DNA of 64,000 nt from Chrysomallon squamiferum (Eukaryota > Animalia > Mollusca), in assembly GCA_012295275.1 (NCBI GenBank), contig CM022665.1, positions 3,658,001-3,722,000 on the forward strand, given 5' to 3'. The notes under the pieces are model-generated. The model was not told where the DNA came from. It was given only the letters and a program-made list of their open reading frames with translations, and did no database searches. This document shows, one piece after another, positions 1 to 15,008 of the stretch. Numbering within the stretch: the first letter of the stretch is position 1; every line of letters starts with the position of its first letter. Position numbers and translations under genes: made by a program.

Positions 1-834
1 GAATAGCTGTTTCATTTTCTGTTGCTGTGTTTTTTTCTGGTTCAGCAAGGGGTGTAACTGGTAATGGCTGAAGAAATGCTTTGAAATCTGTAAGAAAAAT
101 ACAGTTACTAATATCAAAAACAAAAACAGGGACAACAATGAAATATTCACACCTGTTCTGAATTTACCACAGTTTCTGAGATTTTTAAAAATCCATATCT
201 TAAAAAGAATGCAAGTCATACTGAAAAGAATTAACAAAAGCAAGATGAATGTTCAGATATACAAAGAGATGGACAGATGGAAAGACTGATAGATATAGAA
301 ATGGATCAACAGACAAAAATAAATATAAAATATTTTCAGTCCATTTTATCATTTACTAAAAATTGAAACAAATTTTTTTCAAAGTTATTATTACAAACAA
401 AAAAGTAAATAAATAAATAAATGAAGAAAAAAATTAAAGCAAAACAAGTTCATTACATTATGATATATAAATCTGAGGATGAATATATTAATCTGTTTTA
501 ACAGTAATAAATGGAAACATATTTTGGTTAAAATCTTTATAATTTTATCTGAATTAGAACTGAAAAAAACAGGATTAGATTTACATCAAGTATTTTAAAA
601 CCTTTTGGTATTGAAAATAAGCAAAGCACAACAATTTAAAATTGAAGAAATATTGAGATATAAAGTGCTACAATGCCATGGTAACATTAGTAAGGTTATT
701 ATTTTGCTTGTTTGAAACATTAGAAGATATTTTAAATATACAAGTCAAAGTAAAATAAAATCTTTAGTCAGTATTATTACAATATTAAAATGTTAGTAAT
801 TTACATTATGACTGATTTTAGCTATTCTGTATGT

Positions 835-890
<56 letters not shown>

Positions 891-2606
891 CTGTGTCTGT
901 TAAGAAATAAAATGAGAATAACAGAAAAAAGATAATTGTTAATGTATTAAGACAACACTTTCAGTCATATTACAGTTTACCTGTCATCTTTTTTTTCTTC
1001 TTTTTTTCTAGACTACTAACAATTTTATGTTGGTTTTATTAGTGAAGAATAAAGAAACCAAAACTCGAAAGATGAAAAAAGCATGTTAAAAATATTGTTA
1101 GGTTACAGAATGAAATTAATTTCAGCATTCAGAATTAACTCAAAGGCTTGTACCTGACTGCTGTTCATGGACACTCTCTGGTGCAGTAGACACATTTTTC
1201 TTTCCTTTGTTAACAATTACATGGATTAATTAAATATGATAACAAATAATAATATTATAAATGGACTACCAATGTTTTATATTCTTGAAAGTATAACATG
1301 GTTGATTTTCAAAGCTATTTGGAATATCAGCCTCTTTTATCAGTTAACTGATTAAAATAAATGAAACATTTGAGAACAATTTTCATCACAGGTATTTATT
1401 TCTTGCATGATGTGATTCTGCCAATGCTAGCTCTCAGCACCTGCTGAATATACTTTATGTATGATAATGTACCTCAAAAGATGTTACAGCAATCTGATTA
1501 TTATGTCAAAATAATTGAGACCACACAGTTAAATCCATCTCAAGTGTTTCGTTTTTTAAAAACAACAGCTAATTATAATGTTCATAATTAACAAAATAAT
1601 CCATAATTGATGTTTTTTGATAAAATAAATTTACATTTATTAAAATTTAGAAGTCTGCAGATGTGACAAACCAGAAAACTGGCCCTACTCAGTTAGGGGA
1701 TAATAAGTTGAGTTGAAATGTATGAAACTGGCTCAGAAAGCATTTTCGTCAAAATCACACATCTAAAATCTGGCCAAGAAAGTCAAATACCTTTGTGATG
1801 TCTCTCTGACCAAAAACAATTTTCAAAACTTTTTAGAACTTTTTAAGTATTGTTATATCTAAAAAGTGAAATTAGATTATCTGAAACTAACCTGATTTCT
1901 GATCAGATGAGATTTTGGAAGGTTTTTTGGAAACAGTGGAAGTTTTTACAGCAGACTTTGGACTAGGTGCTGGATGTTTCTCAGCTTTTGGTTTTGAAAA
2001 TATCTTTTCTAAAAAAACACCAAAACAAACATATATCAGTTAATTAACAATTATGTTTTTCATTCAAACACAGAAATAGTCAACAAAACATGATGTATAC
2101 AAAAAAAATTAAAAATTCAAAAGTAATAACTTAGATCTTAACCTGTATGTCAAATTTGTTAGATAAAGTTTTTAAAATCTTCACACTGCACAGAAAGAAA
2201 AATACACATTCACACATTTAACATAAAATACAGTGACATACAGGCTTTTTTAGATGCACATACACAACAAAAACACACGCAAAAGTATTGTGATTAAATT
2301 AAATTTAAAAATCTAAATACTAGAAGAATTTTATTTATATTCATTTAGAGCTTACAAAACATATGCATTATGAAAACAAAAGAAGAAATCAGCAAAATAT
2401 TTTAGTAGTTCATAAAAGAAAGCACATTATCTTAAACTGGAACAAAGCACACCATGTAATAATTATGTTTTGAACATAAAACCATTATTCTGAAAATGAA
2501 GAACTGATGAATTTTACCTATCATTCTGTGAATGCATATAAATGAATGAGTGAATGTGTTGTCTGTGTGTGTGTGTGTGTGTGTCTGTGTGTAGTTTGTT
2601 GTGTGT

Positions 2607-2643
<37 letters not shown>

Positions 2644-5600
2644 GTTTTTGTGTTAGAGAGTATGTGAATAAGTATGTATATGTATCAATCACTGGTATAT
2701 ACATCAGTTCATCCATGCATAACTGCTGGTCAGGGACAAAAAGCAACACATTTAATTTTCCACAAATGGAACACCACATACCCTGGTACCATGAATTTAT
2801 TCTTCAGAAGCTTTGATTATAACTGGAAATAACACGTGTATGTGTTAAAAAATGTTAGAATATAATTCTTTTCAAACCACATTAAAAGAGGCAGGGTTAT
2901 ACAGTGTCATTAGTATATCAAACTGTTATTTCAAAATCACGTGTGTTAGAAGTTCACACTGCTAATCATAAACGTACCTGATTATATTTGTGATTTATGA
3001 GGTATCTATTTGGAATGGGATATAATATGGTAAAGACATCTGCATATAAAGAAACTCACTTTTTTTTTTTTTTCAAACTTTATTAAAATGCTAATATTTA
3101 ATACTGTGTGCAGTTAATATAAGAAATGGTTATTTTTATAATATGAGTTAGATGCTGTACTCAAACCTACACTGCAAACCCATAACTAAATATACCTGGC
3201 TGTTTTTTTGATCTATGAACTACATGTGATGGCGTTCTTTTCTCTGAGTGATGAACGATACGTACATAGCTTTTAGCTAGTTTGACAGTTTCACTAATTA
3301 TGTCAGCCACGTTAAATTTGTCATCAACTGCAGCTGAAACATCATCATACACTTTACAAAATATACAAGCCAATAATTCAGGGCTTGACACTGTGCTACT
3401 TATATTTCAGAAAAGAAATGACCAGAGTCTGAGATAAACTGATACATATATAGACAGCAAGGCATGATAATATCATAAAATGACTCATCGTTTTAGATTT
3501 TTAGACAAGCTTAAAAAAATTCAAGTATCATTTACTCAGGAACTGTTCAGAATTCCATAGAAGAAGAAGAAGGTAAAAAAAAAACACTTAAATTTGAGAC
3601 CTGTCATTAATCCACATTAAATAAATATAAACAAATTTAAATTTAAATAATCTGATGTTCATTAGACTGTAGTACATATTAAAGACTCTAAACATACTGT
3701 ATGAACTTTTGGCCACAGCTTTTCTCCATTTATTGCCTTTTCCCAATTCAGACTTTCTCAGGGAGTCAGCCAGTTTGTTCTTTCTTTCGAGCCGCTCTTT
3801 GTCTTTGACTGATGAAACTTTCTGTGGATCTGTAGACAAGCAAGAAGAAAAGTAATTATGAAATCATTTAACTGTTTTACTCATAATATATAAAGAGTGG
3901 GGGAAATGTGGTGTCAAACAAATTGAAATTTCGAAGGGAAACATGTTTAATAATATTATTTTTACTGATATTACATAACTGTAAACTTCAGGAATGAGAT
4001 ATATTTAATAATAATCAAATTATTATGATTTTTATGGTTGAGAAATAAGACGCAAATAATAATTTAATTTTAAAAATGATTTAATTATGACCAACATTGG
4101 CTGAAGGAATAGAAATGAAGTATTTATAAAAAATTGAAAAAAAAAAATGAAAAAAAAAAGAACACACAAGAAAACTAAATATTTAGAATAGTAATTTTAA
4201 TACAGATATCTCATTTTAGTATTATTTCAATAACTGAAATACAAATTATTTATGTTTCACTTATTTTATCACCTTCTTAATGAAGTTCAGGTAACTCATT
4301 GTTAATAAACTGTTGTTACAACAGCTCAGAATATGAATGTTGAAATTCCTAAAACTGAATGACAGATTTATTTATTATCTGTGATAATAACAAATGTATT
4401 CACATGTTAAAGTATTAACACACATTCATTAAGACAACATCAGCAATTAACATGCAATTCTCGTGTTAGTATAAAACTAAAACTGTATCATGCTGCTGAA
4501 CAATATTAAAACAAACTCAGCAATTCACACATGCATATAATTTTATAACTTTTCAAATTTTTAAAATTTTAATTCCCATAACTTATAAAAGCCAGTGTGT
4601 TTCAATTATTATTCTAGAATAATTTTTATTTAAAAAGACAACAATGTTTCAAAATGTATTCAATGTGAAGCTTTATAAAGCTAATACCACTTTTACAGGT
4701 AATTCTATAATATTCACTAGTTTAAAAATAGTTTTAACATTAAGCTTTTCTTTCTCTTACAGTAATAATAAATATATATAAAAATGTCTTTGTCTTCTCT
4801 CAGCAACAATAAATAAATAGTCCATATTTTTCTGTGTGCCAAAATTTCAAAGAAAGACAAAAATCTGAGAACAAAGAAATATGTAATGCTATACTAAATT
4901 CTAGACTTAAATGGCAGCTTTATGGTTAAACTGCAGAAGAAATGTTAAGAACACACAAACTGTCAAACAGCACTTTATAACAGATATGTATGTGACCGAG
5001 AAACAAAACAAAAAAAAATGAATATTTTTTTTTAACATTATATTACATAGCATTACTCAGCTCATTTTAAAAATCCCCTGCAGTACAAAAACCATAACTT
5101 CCTAAAATATTGCAAACTACTCCGAAGTAACAGTGTCAGTAACAGGATTTTTTTAAAAAAACATACTGAAAAACTTTGTCTAACTTCTAATCTAATGTTT
5201 TATTCTGAAAACATGCAATATTGTAGACACAAACAAAAACATGAAGAAATCCAGCATCATTTTATCGCATATAATGAAACAAAACTTTTTACACTGTTAT
5301 GTTAATACTAACAAATACTAACCAAAATATGACAAAATAATAACCAACACGTGACAGAAATAATACAGAATGCTGGTTAGTTGACATTTTCTAATCACGT
5401 GTTAATGGACAACACTGAACAACCATCACATCGTCCACCTCTGACAATCACTGAAGCAATTCCTTCAGACAGTCCCAAGTCGACAACATCGGCAGGAACA
5501 ACTTTCTGAGAACAGCTAATTTGGGGTGAAGGCCAAGTACGACGTAGTCGGTGTTTTATTATAAATGTAGCTGCTGCTGCCACAGTCCACGTGTGACTGA

Positions 5601-8600
5601 TGTCCTCGCATTCTGATGGTTGCTGGACATCAGAACAAGGACTAGCTGGTGGTGCTGCTGTGTGTTTTTCTATATGTACTGAAAAAATACAAAACTACTT
5701 GGTCTCTTCTGTTCATCTTACCCACTATCCAAACCATGTACATGAATGACATTATATTTTGTTATATCAGAATTGTAAAATAAACATCTATATGACATCA
5801 GATGCAGATAAAAGGTGTAGAAAAAAAAACCCGTAGAAGAATTCTGCATTTTCTTGTAAGACAACCATCCAGACCATATATGTCTGTCACAACTCTATTA
5901 AACTTTTTAATATAAATCTTGATTAAAAGGTAAATAAATAACAACTATAGAAATCTGGTATCTAATGGAAGTCCATAATGCAAAATCAGTAATTGAAAAC
6001 TGTTCCTTTATATTATTCTAAATATAAACAGTAGTACAAACCTGCTTTATGATAATAATGATGATAATAATAATAATAATTTAAATAAAGAAAATCATTA
6101 ATAGTAACAATGATGATTATAATGATGATGATGATGATGATGATAATAATATCTGAAGCACTTCACTCTGGTTATATGTTACAAACAGATCTTTTGAAGG
6201 CTCTGTTACACAGATTTCTCTGTATTACAAAAAAATTCAAATAAATAAATAAAAATGCACAAACAACAACATTTAAAAAGTGTTAAAACAAATTCTGGAA
6301 AAATTCACCATAAAAAAAACCTGACTGGTTTAAGATGTTTTTCCCAACTGATTATCTGGAAAAAAAAAAAGGTTGGTACAATGACAGACATTTTACTTTT
6401 TATTTTTTTCTGTTAGCGTGGCAACATCACATTAAACACAGAGGTGTGGGCTTTGTAAATAATTATAGCTTCTTAGAAGTAACACCAAAAAAAAAAGAAA
6501 AAAAAAGAAAGAAAGAATCATGAATAGTTTCAAGTATTGTATTGGGAAGTAATTTTTTGTAGATAAGAGCAAGAAGATCTAAAGAAATTTGAAATATATG
6601 TATAAATATATCAAATCTTTCCAAAATGTACCGTATATACTTGTGTATAAGTCAAATTTTTGGGAGACTATATTAAGGTAATATTTTGGGGGTCGACTTA
6701 TACATTGGTAATGCTTTTGTAGCTGTTGCTGAAGAGTCGCCATTTTGACTATTTTTTGCTACGGGATGCATTTAAAATAATCGCGGTCTTTCAGCTTTTC
6801 AAAAATATAATTTTATCATATAAAAATTTTTGAAAAATTAAATAACAAAACCAAATATGAATGTAAAACATGATATTCTTCCGTTTAATGACATAAAAAT
6901 ACATTTTAAAGCGAAAAAAACGTCAGTACGGCGTTATGCCTTACGGTGTCTTGCAATGATCTAGGAATGCAGACTTCTCTGCCAAATTGCACTAAATATC
7001 GGTCCTAATTTCATAAACAAAACTCACTTGTGTAATTGTAAAGAATTTGGTGAAATAATATTGCAATCGTCATTAATATCCACTACCGACAAATCGAAAA
7101 CAAAGTGACGGTGCCTGGAATCTACAGTCGACTTATACACAAGTAATATCTAAAATGACACAATTTTTGGTCTTAAAATACACATCGACTTATACATAAG
7201 GTCACCTTGTACACAAGTATATCCGGTATCTTTTATTGATTAAAATAATCAGACTAATTGAAGGTTCTGATTCAGGAACTGACTGAATTTGTTATTTTTT
7301 AATATCACCACAGTCAAAGTTTTGATGTAGCCTCTTGGACTCCCTAACCTCATGTATGCTGAGCCTTAGATCATCTGACATGATAGGAGACATCACATAC
7401 AAGTGAATGACTTGAAGATTTATTACACTAACCATGTCATCTTTTTATATGATATGAATTTCTAAATTTTGATTCTAACATCAATTAACTTATAACTTCA
7501 TCTGTTGTGCTTGGTATATTACTGAATATCCATATTTACAAATCACATAAAAAAAAACACACCCACATTTGAAGTTAACAATATCCTTGCTTGTTTCCAT
7601 AGCATAAATTTCTTCCTTCTGCTTTTTAAAAAGTAACTGTACTTTTTATGTCTAGCCTAGGTAAAAACAGTATTTACAAATGGCACAAAACACTATCTTG
7701 CTAATAACTCATTATCTGTATCATATTTTATAATAATTGATTATATCTATTACATTTGGACTGATCTTAGAGTCAACATTTACAAAAGGCATGAAAAATT
7801 AACACTATAATACTTTCCGTAGCATGATATTCTGTATTATAATGTCTAACAGGTTGTACCAGTGTGTTTACAAACTGCATGAAAAATAACAATTTCATCA
7901 TCATTTTGCTTTATATAAATTTATCAACACTTCACTAATAAGCATATATACCTATTATGTTGCATGTGGCCTAAGAGTAAGAATCTATAAGTGGTCTTAC
8001 TACCTCTTGCAAGGCACTGATTTCTGTATTATATTTGCTAATAAATCTATTACAGCTGCTGCAAAGGGAATGGAAAATATCTTATTATCTTTTTTCTTAC
8101 TGATTTCTGTTTTACCAATATTTTCTCTCAACGGTTATCAACGTAGTGAATATGCCTATTATAAACATGGTACTGCCTAGAGATCAGGATGTATGTACCG
8201 TTTTAGATTACATGAATTTCTATATAACAGTTATCTGAGATGTAAATGTACCTATTATATCTGGTGTGACCTGGGATTCAAGTTCTCCTGCTTCCTCTTC
8301 TTCATTATCGGCTGGTGCTGTTGCTGGTGCTGTTGATGTTAACACAGGAGTATCAAGAGTTAACGAATCCAGCTGTTTGCAGAAATCTGTTTCATCCTTT
8401 CCATCAACGTTTTCATGCTCTGCCACTGTTTCATCTTCCTTTTCTACCCCAGTTTCTTCTCTTTCATTACGTTCTTCTTCATTATCTTCATTCCTCTGTC
8501 CCATCCAAGCTTCTGCTGGGGACGATGAAAATAATACTGGGGAGGGCCCAGATGAATCTGGAGGCTGAAATCTCACAGTTCTTGGTCCTGTAAATAAAAA

Positions 8601-9055
8601 GGCTGTTTAGTTAAAAAATGAAAAATTGGGTCATTACAATATGTACTGCTGAACAGACTCACTGAACAACTAATTAACAAACCAAATGTTTTGAAAACAA
8701 TTTAGACCAAATGCAAACATGAATTCCTGTGAATTTAATGTTAAACTCTTTTATTTTATTGTAGTTATTTCTGTTACAAAAAAATAAAGAATGTTGAACA
8801 AGCTTACAGCGAGACTTAATTTTAAAAATTGAAGAAAAAAGCAGTTAAACAAAATATAAATATAAATTTCAGTGAGTACTGTGGATGTCTCTGCTATATA
8901 CTGGTGTTGAGTATGCTTTTCTGGTTTTCCTTCTCTCAGCTATTTCTGCTGCTGTTCTGTTTTGTATTGCAGACTTCTGTTCCAAACCCTGAAAAAACAG
9001 GACAACAATACCTATTTGATGTTGATAATAATGGTGAAGGATGATGCTAGTTATA

Positions 9056-9086
<31 letters not shown>

Positions 9087-12000
9087 TAACAGTACTAACA
9101 ATAATAAAAATGATAGTAATAATAATGATGATAATAATAGTAAGTATAATGGTCAGAGCAATAATAATATTAATCACCATCATCCTTCAGTTAATGAGGA
9201 TAATAAAAGAAATCATCATAATAATATTTATACTTTAATAATATAATAATAATAATAATAACTTACAATAATAAAAATGGTAGTAATAATAATGATAATA
9301 ATAATAGTGGTTGTTATAGTAACAATAATAATTTAAATCATCATCATCATTCATCTAATAAGGATAATGAAAGTAATTATCATAATATTTTCACTGTAAT
9401 AATGAATAATAATAATAACAACAACAACAATAGTAATAAACTATTTTAATGTCACACAAACCAAAATAAATAGTTTTAGTAATAAATACATCAAACCAAT
9501 AAAAATGAATGAATGAATGAATGAATGAATGAATGAATGAATGAATGAATAAGACAGAATTTTGTTTTAATATGTGATTCATATTAAAGTAGTTTGACTT
9601 CACAATAACACACCTAGCACCAGGTTCAACTGTTTACACAATGTAGTGAAAAAACCACAAAAGAAACACAACATTTATTTTATGTTTCACAGGTAACATA
9701 TGTAAATTGTAAAATCCATTCTGACAAAACAGTATATAATATTTCACTAAAATAATTATTACACTGACAACCCCCAAAATAATACATTGGTATTTAAAGA
9801 AATAAACTATTTGAGATAATCCATAAAAAATGTAAAAAAAAAACAACCCAAACATTATCAAATAGATTAATGTTCTAAGAATACACTGATTTAATCAGCA
9901 CAAATAAAAATTCAGGAAATCTATTTACAAAGTAAATTAAATGCTCCCTATGTAACTGGCACTATAATTACTTTATAATTTTATTTCATTTTCATGTTTG
10001 GAGTTCTTTAAGTCTATAATCAACAACAAAAAAGATACTGAAAAAGGCAAAAATGAAATTATTATTTTTATATGTGAATGTATTCAGTATATTGATCTTG
10101 AAATTCATGTGCAAATGCAATAACTGGTTAGCAAATACACAATGACAGATGTTAGGAGTAAAATACTTAGAAAATAAATTAATTATGTTTCAAACCAGAA
10201 TTCAAGAGCTTTAGGACATAATGAATTACAAACAACAACACAGAATCTGGTTACAGTGATTAACAACTGGTACAACAGCAAAAACAAAAAATATTAATAA
10301 ATAAACAAATAGTTATTTTACATGTTAATACATAAACACAACAACAATTACAATAAACAGCACAACACTGTGTATGTGTGTGTGTATGAATGTGTGGATA
10401 TGTTTATGTGTGTGTCTGTGTGTGTGTGTTTGTGTGTAATTATTTTCATTATCATCATAAACATATTTGAAGGCCTTAAAACTAGAATAAATCTAATGCA
10501 CAGAATATAGTTTTTAAGATGATTTATGCTGAAGTTTATTAAACTATACTAAAAAAATTAGAAGTAAAACATATAATTGTTCGTGGGTACATTGAAATGT
10601 GATTTCCAAATAAAATTATTTTCTGTATCACTAATCAAAACATAGTGTATTTTTATCAAATCTATCAAATTATTTACACAACAGAGTACCATTATAGATA
10701 TTTTTATTTCTTTCTCTATTTTTTCTTTATTTTTCTTTTTTCAGATCTGATAATGGACAATCTTAATTACAGAAGCTGAATGTTGTGACAGGGAGATTGT
10801 AGAACAATTTTGCTAAGGTGGTTTGTGATGTCAACAGGTTAAATTTCTTTCATATTATACCATCTCAGCTCTGATCACCAACAGGTATAAAAAATAAATT
10901 TATTTTATCTCTCTCAATTAGCAGTTTTACATTTAGCATTGATTATGGAATATTAGCTTTATTATTTAAAACACAACACTGCTTACTTTTTGTTATAATG
11001 TAGCAGTTCTAAGTTCAGCATAAATGAATATCACCATGATTATTTTCAAAAGAAATTTATCTCATCTCTTATTAACAATTTTGTATTTTGCACAAGGGAA
11101 TATTTTACAGGTGAGATTTTGTGTGTTTGTCTTCATAATCATTTCAGAACTTACAATATTACATTTGACAATAATAATAATAATAATAATAATAAAATTA
11201 ATTTTCTGATAATTATAGTTTTCATTAGATGCAAACACAGACATTATTGTGTTAGTTAAAATCAGTTCTACAACAAGAATACCGTTTTCATGGCTCTTCG
11301 CAGATATGCGATGCTACAACTGTGTGTAGTTGTGTTAAATCTGTGCATGTGCATCTGGAAACGGTAACAATACTCACATCGTACCTGGCTGCCTCTGTCC
11401 TGTGAGCCAAGGAAGAAGGAAGAAATTTTCACTACACATTCAAGACATTTTCAATCTGCTGATACATGCCACAATACACATGGTTAAAGACCGTAACAAT
11501 AATGAGAAGAAACCTTCAGATGCCTCATAATGAGTAACTCTTTTTCAGTTAGCAGCTAGAGATATTTTTTATACACCTTCTCATAAACACCAAAGCACAT
11601 ATTAGGTCCTTTGATAAACCAGTTATGGGGATCTTGGTTGGGATAGTAAATAGTTTCACAGGTGAACTGAAGAAAACACATTAAACCATAATTCAATGGC
11701 AATGCTGTGCCCCTATCTATGACAAAAGTGTAAGTATGCATACTATCTCTTTCAAATAAAATTTTTATATCTGACACTGATCATGCGATTTTATTAAAAG
11801 ATGTTTGTTACGCACTGAAAACCCAGGTTCATAAAAATCATTTAGTTAAGTTGCTGGTTTGCTTTCTCCTGCCAAAATGTAGTTTATTTATTAATTGTCT
11901 ATAAATCACTGTATAAATAGAGAAATAAATCTTATTTTCAGATTCAAAAAAAAATTATTGTATTTAAATCATACTTAGCATAAAATAATAATAACAATTA

Positions 12001-12368
12001 GCATGATAACCTGATTACAGATCACAACTACTATAAAGCATTGTGGTAAATAATTAAGAGTATAAACTTTAAAACATTTAGGCAAAATTAATAGGAAAAC
12101 AGAACTTAAACTACACTAAAATGGTCTAAAATAAAATAAAATGATTATGAAATAAGATATAAAATAAGGCAACACAAAACAGACTAAACTAAAATTTAAT
12201 AAAATAAACAATGAATTAAATTAAAATATAATGTTTATATTTTCTAACAAGTGTATGTTTAATTTTTTTAAAAATTGAAGATTAAAATAAACTGAAATGA
12301 AATAAACTAAACTACTGAACTGAAATGAAATAAAATTAGTCAAATTAAATATTATAAAAAAAAAAAAA

Positions 12369-12407
<39 letters not shown>

Positions 12408-14951
12408 TTTACATATTGGAATAAACAAATAAAAATAAACGTAATGAGGTGAAATGAAATGCAGTAAAGTAAATTTAAAGAAACAATTTTGAAATCAAGT
12501 CAAAATAAATTAAATACAGTAAAATAAAAGCACAGTATCATTAAAATAAAGTGAAACAAAGTCATGTAAAGGACATGAAAGTAAACAGTAAACTGAAATG
12601 AAGTGTTATGAAGTGAAGTAAAGGTAAAAGTAAAATAAAATGAAGTAAAATGGTACGTAATGAAATAAAAATAACATAAATAATCGAAGAGAGGTGAATT
12701 AAAGTAAACTGGAGTGAAATAAAACTGAAGCAAATAAAATGAAGCAAATTCTAGTAAAATAAAAGTGAAATAATTAAACAGACAACTATACTATAAAACT
12801 AAAATAATATAAAATGATTAAATTTTAATAATGTAATGATTAGTTTTGTTGTTGTATTTCTAAAAGCTTAATTTAAACAGGATCACCTCTTTGAAGATGT
12901 GAGCAGAGCAATGCTTCTCAACTCTTGGTGCAGTGTTAACAAAACTGATGTACGATTTACCTTGGGAATACTGCAATATGTAGAAAAATGTTTTTTTTGA
13001 AAAATACAGAGCTGCAATTCAAAGTATATAAATAATTTATCAGTGCAATTTGATTATTATTATTGCCAATGAAATTTTGTATTACAAAGGCTCTGAAACT
13101 GTAACTAAAAAGCCAAAAAAAGAAAAAAAAAAGAGGGCAAAATGTTCTTGAAAGAAACAAACTTTTAAGCAGTTAAAAAAACAATGTCCTCTGAAGAAAA
13201 GGATTTATTTTGTAGCATGTATTAACAGTCTAAATGCATTTTACATATACATGTCATACATTTATTATTTTATTATAGTAACTGAAAGAAAATAAACGGA
13301 TTCTTTTTTGCACATAAAATAATGGTTTTTGAAATTCAGATTTCAGTTCCAGCAGAATTAGCATAAAATGAAACAACGTCAAAAACTAGATACTCAATAA
13401 ATTAAAAAGATCAAATAAAAGGTAAGCAGTAAATGAAAGCATTGTACATTAACAATAACCTTTTTCTTTTACTGTCATCTTATTTCTTCACACACACACA
13501 CAGAGTTTCAACATTTCTTACAAATTGTATTTTATTATAAATTTTGAGAAGAAAAAAAACTCAGCATGTGGCATGATTTACATTTGTTATTGTATTTAAT
13601 GTTATGTCCATTATCAGTCTTGTTCTGGGTAAAATAAATTATGGTCCGTTTTTGCCTGTCAACGACAACATACTATAAACACCGTTTCTCATTCAACTGT
13701 GGCTTTTCCAGTCTTTTTAAAAACGATTCACACACTTCATTATTAACAACACAAGTAATTTAATATTCATCAGAAGCTCTTCCTAAGAAGTGTAACAGTT
13801 AATTAATATCAAGCTGGAATAAACAGACCATTACATCCTTCATGTTTTTGTTGTGATTATTCTTTTAAATAACTAAGTATGTCAGAACAGTTTAAGCCAT
13901 TTTATTTTAAAGATTAATTATTTTGAATGAACCTTATACTATGTACACTATGTACACATGTAAATGATATTTTAACGCATGGTTGGTTATTAATTAGTAA
14001 AGATATAATCTAAAAATAAATATACCAATTACATATTCTTTTTATGAAAAAGGAAAAAAAAAAGAAGAAAAAAAAAAAAGAAGTCAATTATACATCCCAA
14101 TAAGAAATTATAAATACATCAATTATATATCCATGACAGATAAAAAAACAAATCAATATTAATAATAATAATGTAAGATAATAATAATAATAATGAAAAG
14201 ATAAAAATAAAAATAAAAATCAATTACAAATGCTCCAATCATATATGCTCCCCAGAAAAAAGACAACAAAACCCCCCATTAATTACAACCAAAAAAAAAA
14301 AATGACAAAAGATGTAAATATTAATAATGGTCACTAAGTACATGGCATGGGGGTGTCTGGAAACTTCAGTTTTTTTTTTTATTATTAACATGAGCATTGA
14401 AGTATTTGTTTGTTCAAGCAAAAATTTATATTTATTCCTTTCTAAGTAAATCCAGCACAAAAGACACTATATTTAAGAAAGAAAGACAGATTTACTGTTT
14501 GTCACTACACACAGATCAGTCAATGAACATAGGCCTGGATGAGCCACAGATTCAAAGTTTATTAAATTTAAATAGAAATAATCTCAGCACACTGCAGGGT
14601 GAGATGATCATGTTGTAAATTATGCAACACTTTTACCTTCACCTGTCAGTTTAGCAAGAAACAAATAAAAGATTGTTTTATCATCCGGATTTAAAAAATA
14701 TCATTTTAAAATGGTGGGTGGTGGGAAAAGAGCTTAAGTAGAGTTATGTAAGCTTCAAATAGTTTTAGTTGTAAGATCAATGTATTATCTTAATGATGAC
14801 AGCCAAAAAATTCATTTTAAAAGGATATTTTATGGCAATATTAATTTCATATATTTTTCCTTTAAAAGCACTTTCTTGTATTTTCCTGGGTTGTTTTTTT
14901 GCTTGAACATGTATTTTAACAAATGTCCTCAAAGAAAATGTTACAATATCT

Positions 14952-15008
<57 letters not shown>

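Noticed and set aside
673-686. RFX X-box-like AATGCCATGGTAAC suggesting a ciliary gene
   Set aside because: Two mismatches to consensus and 22 kb from the promoter; insufficient support.
8266-8593. Plus-strand Ser-rich ORFs
   Set aside because: Antisense shadows of the acidic minus-strand exon 8587-8252.
11420-11555. Possible larger gene-1 exon (LLTEKELLIMRHLK...)
   Set aside because: Stops in all frames; the 22-nt microexon with stronger splice signals explains the frame.
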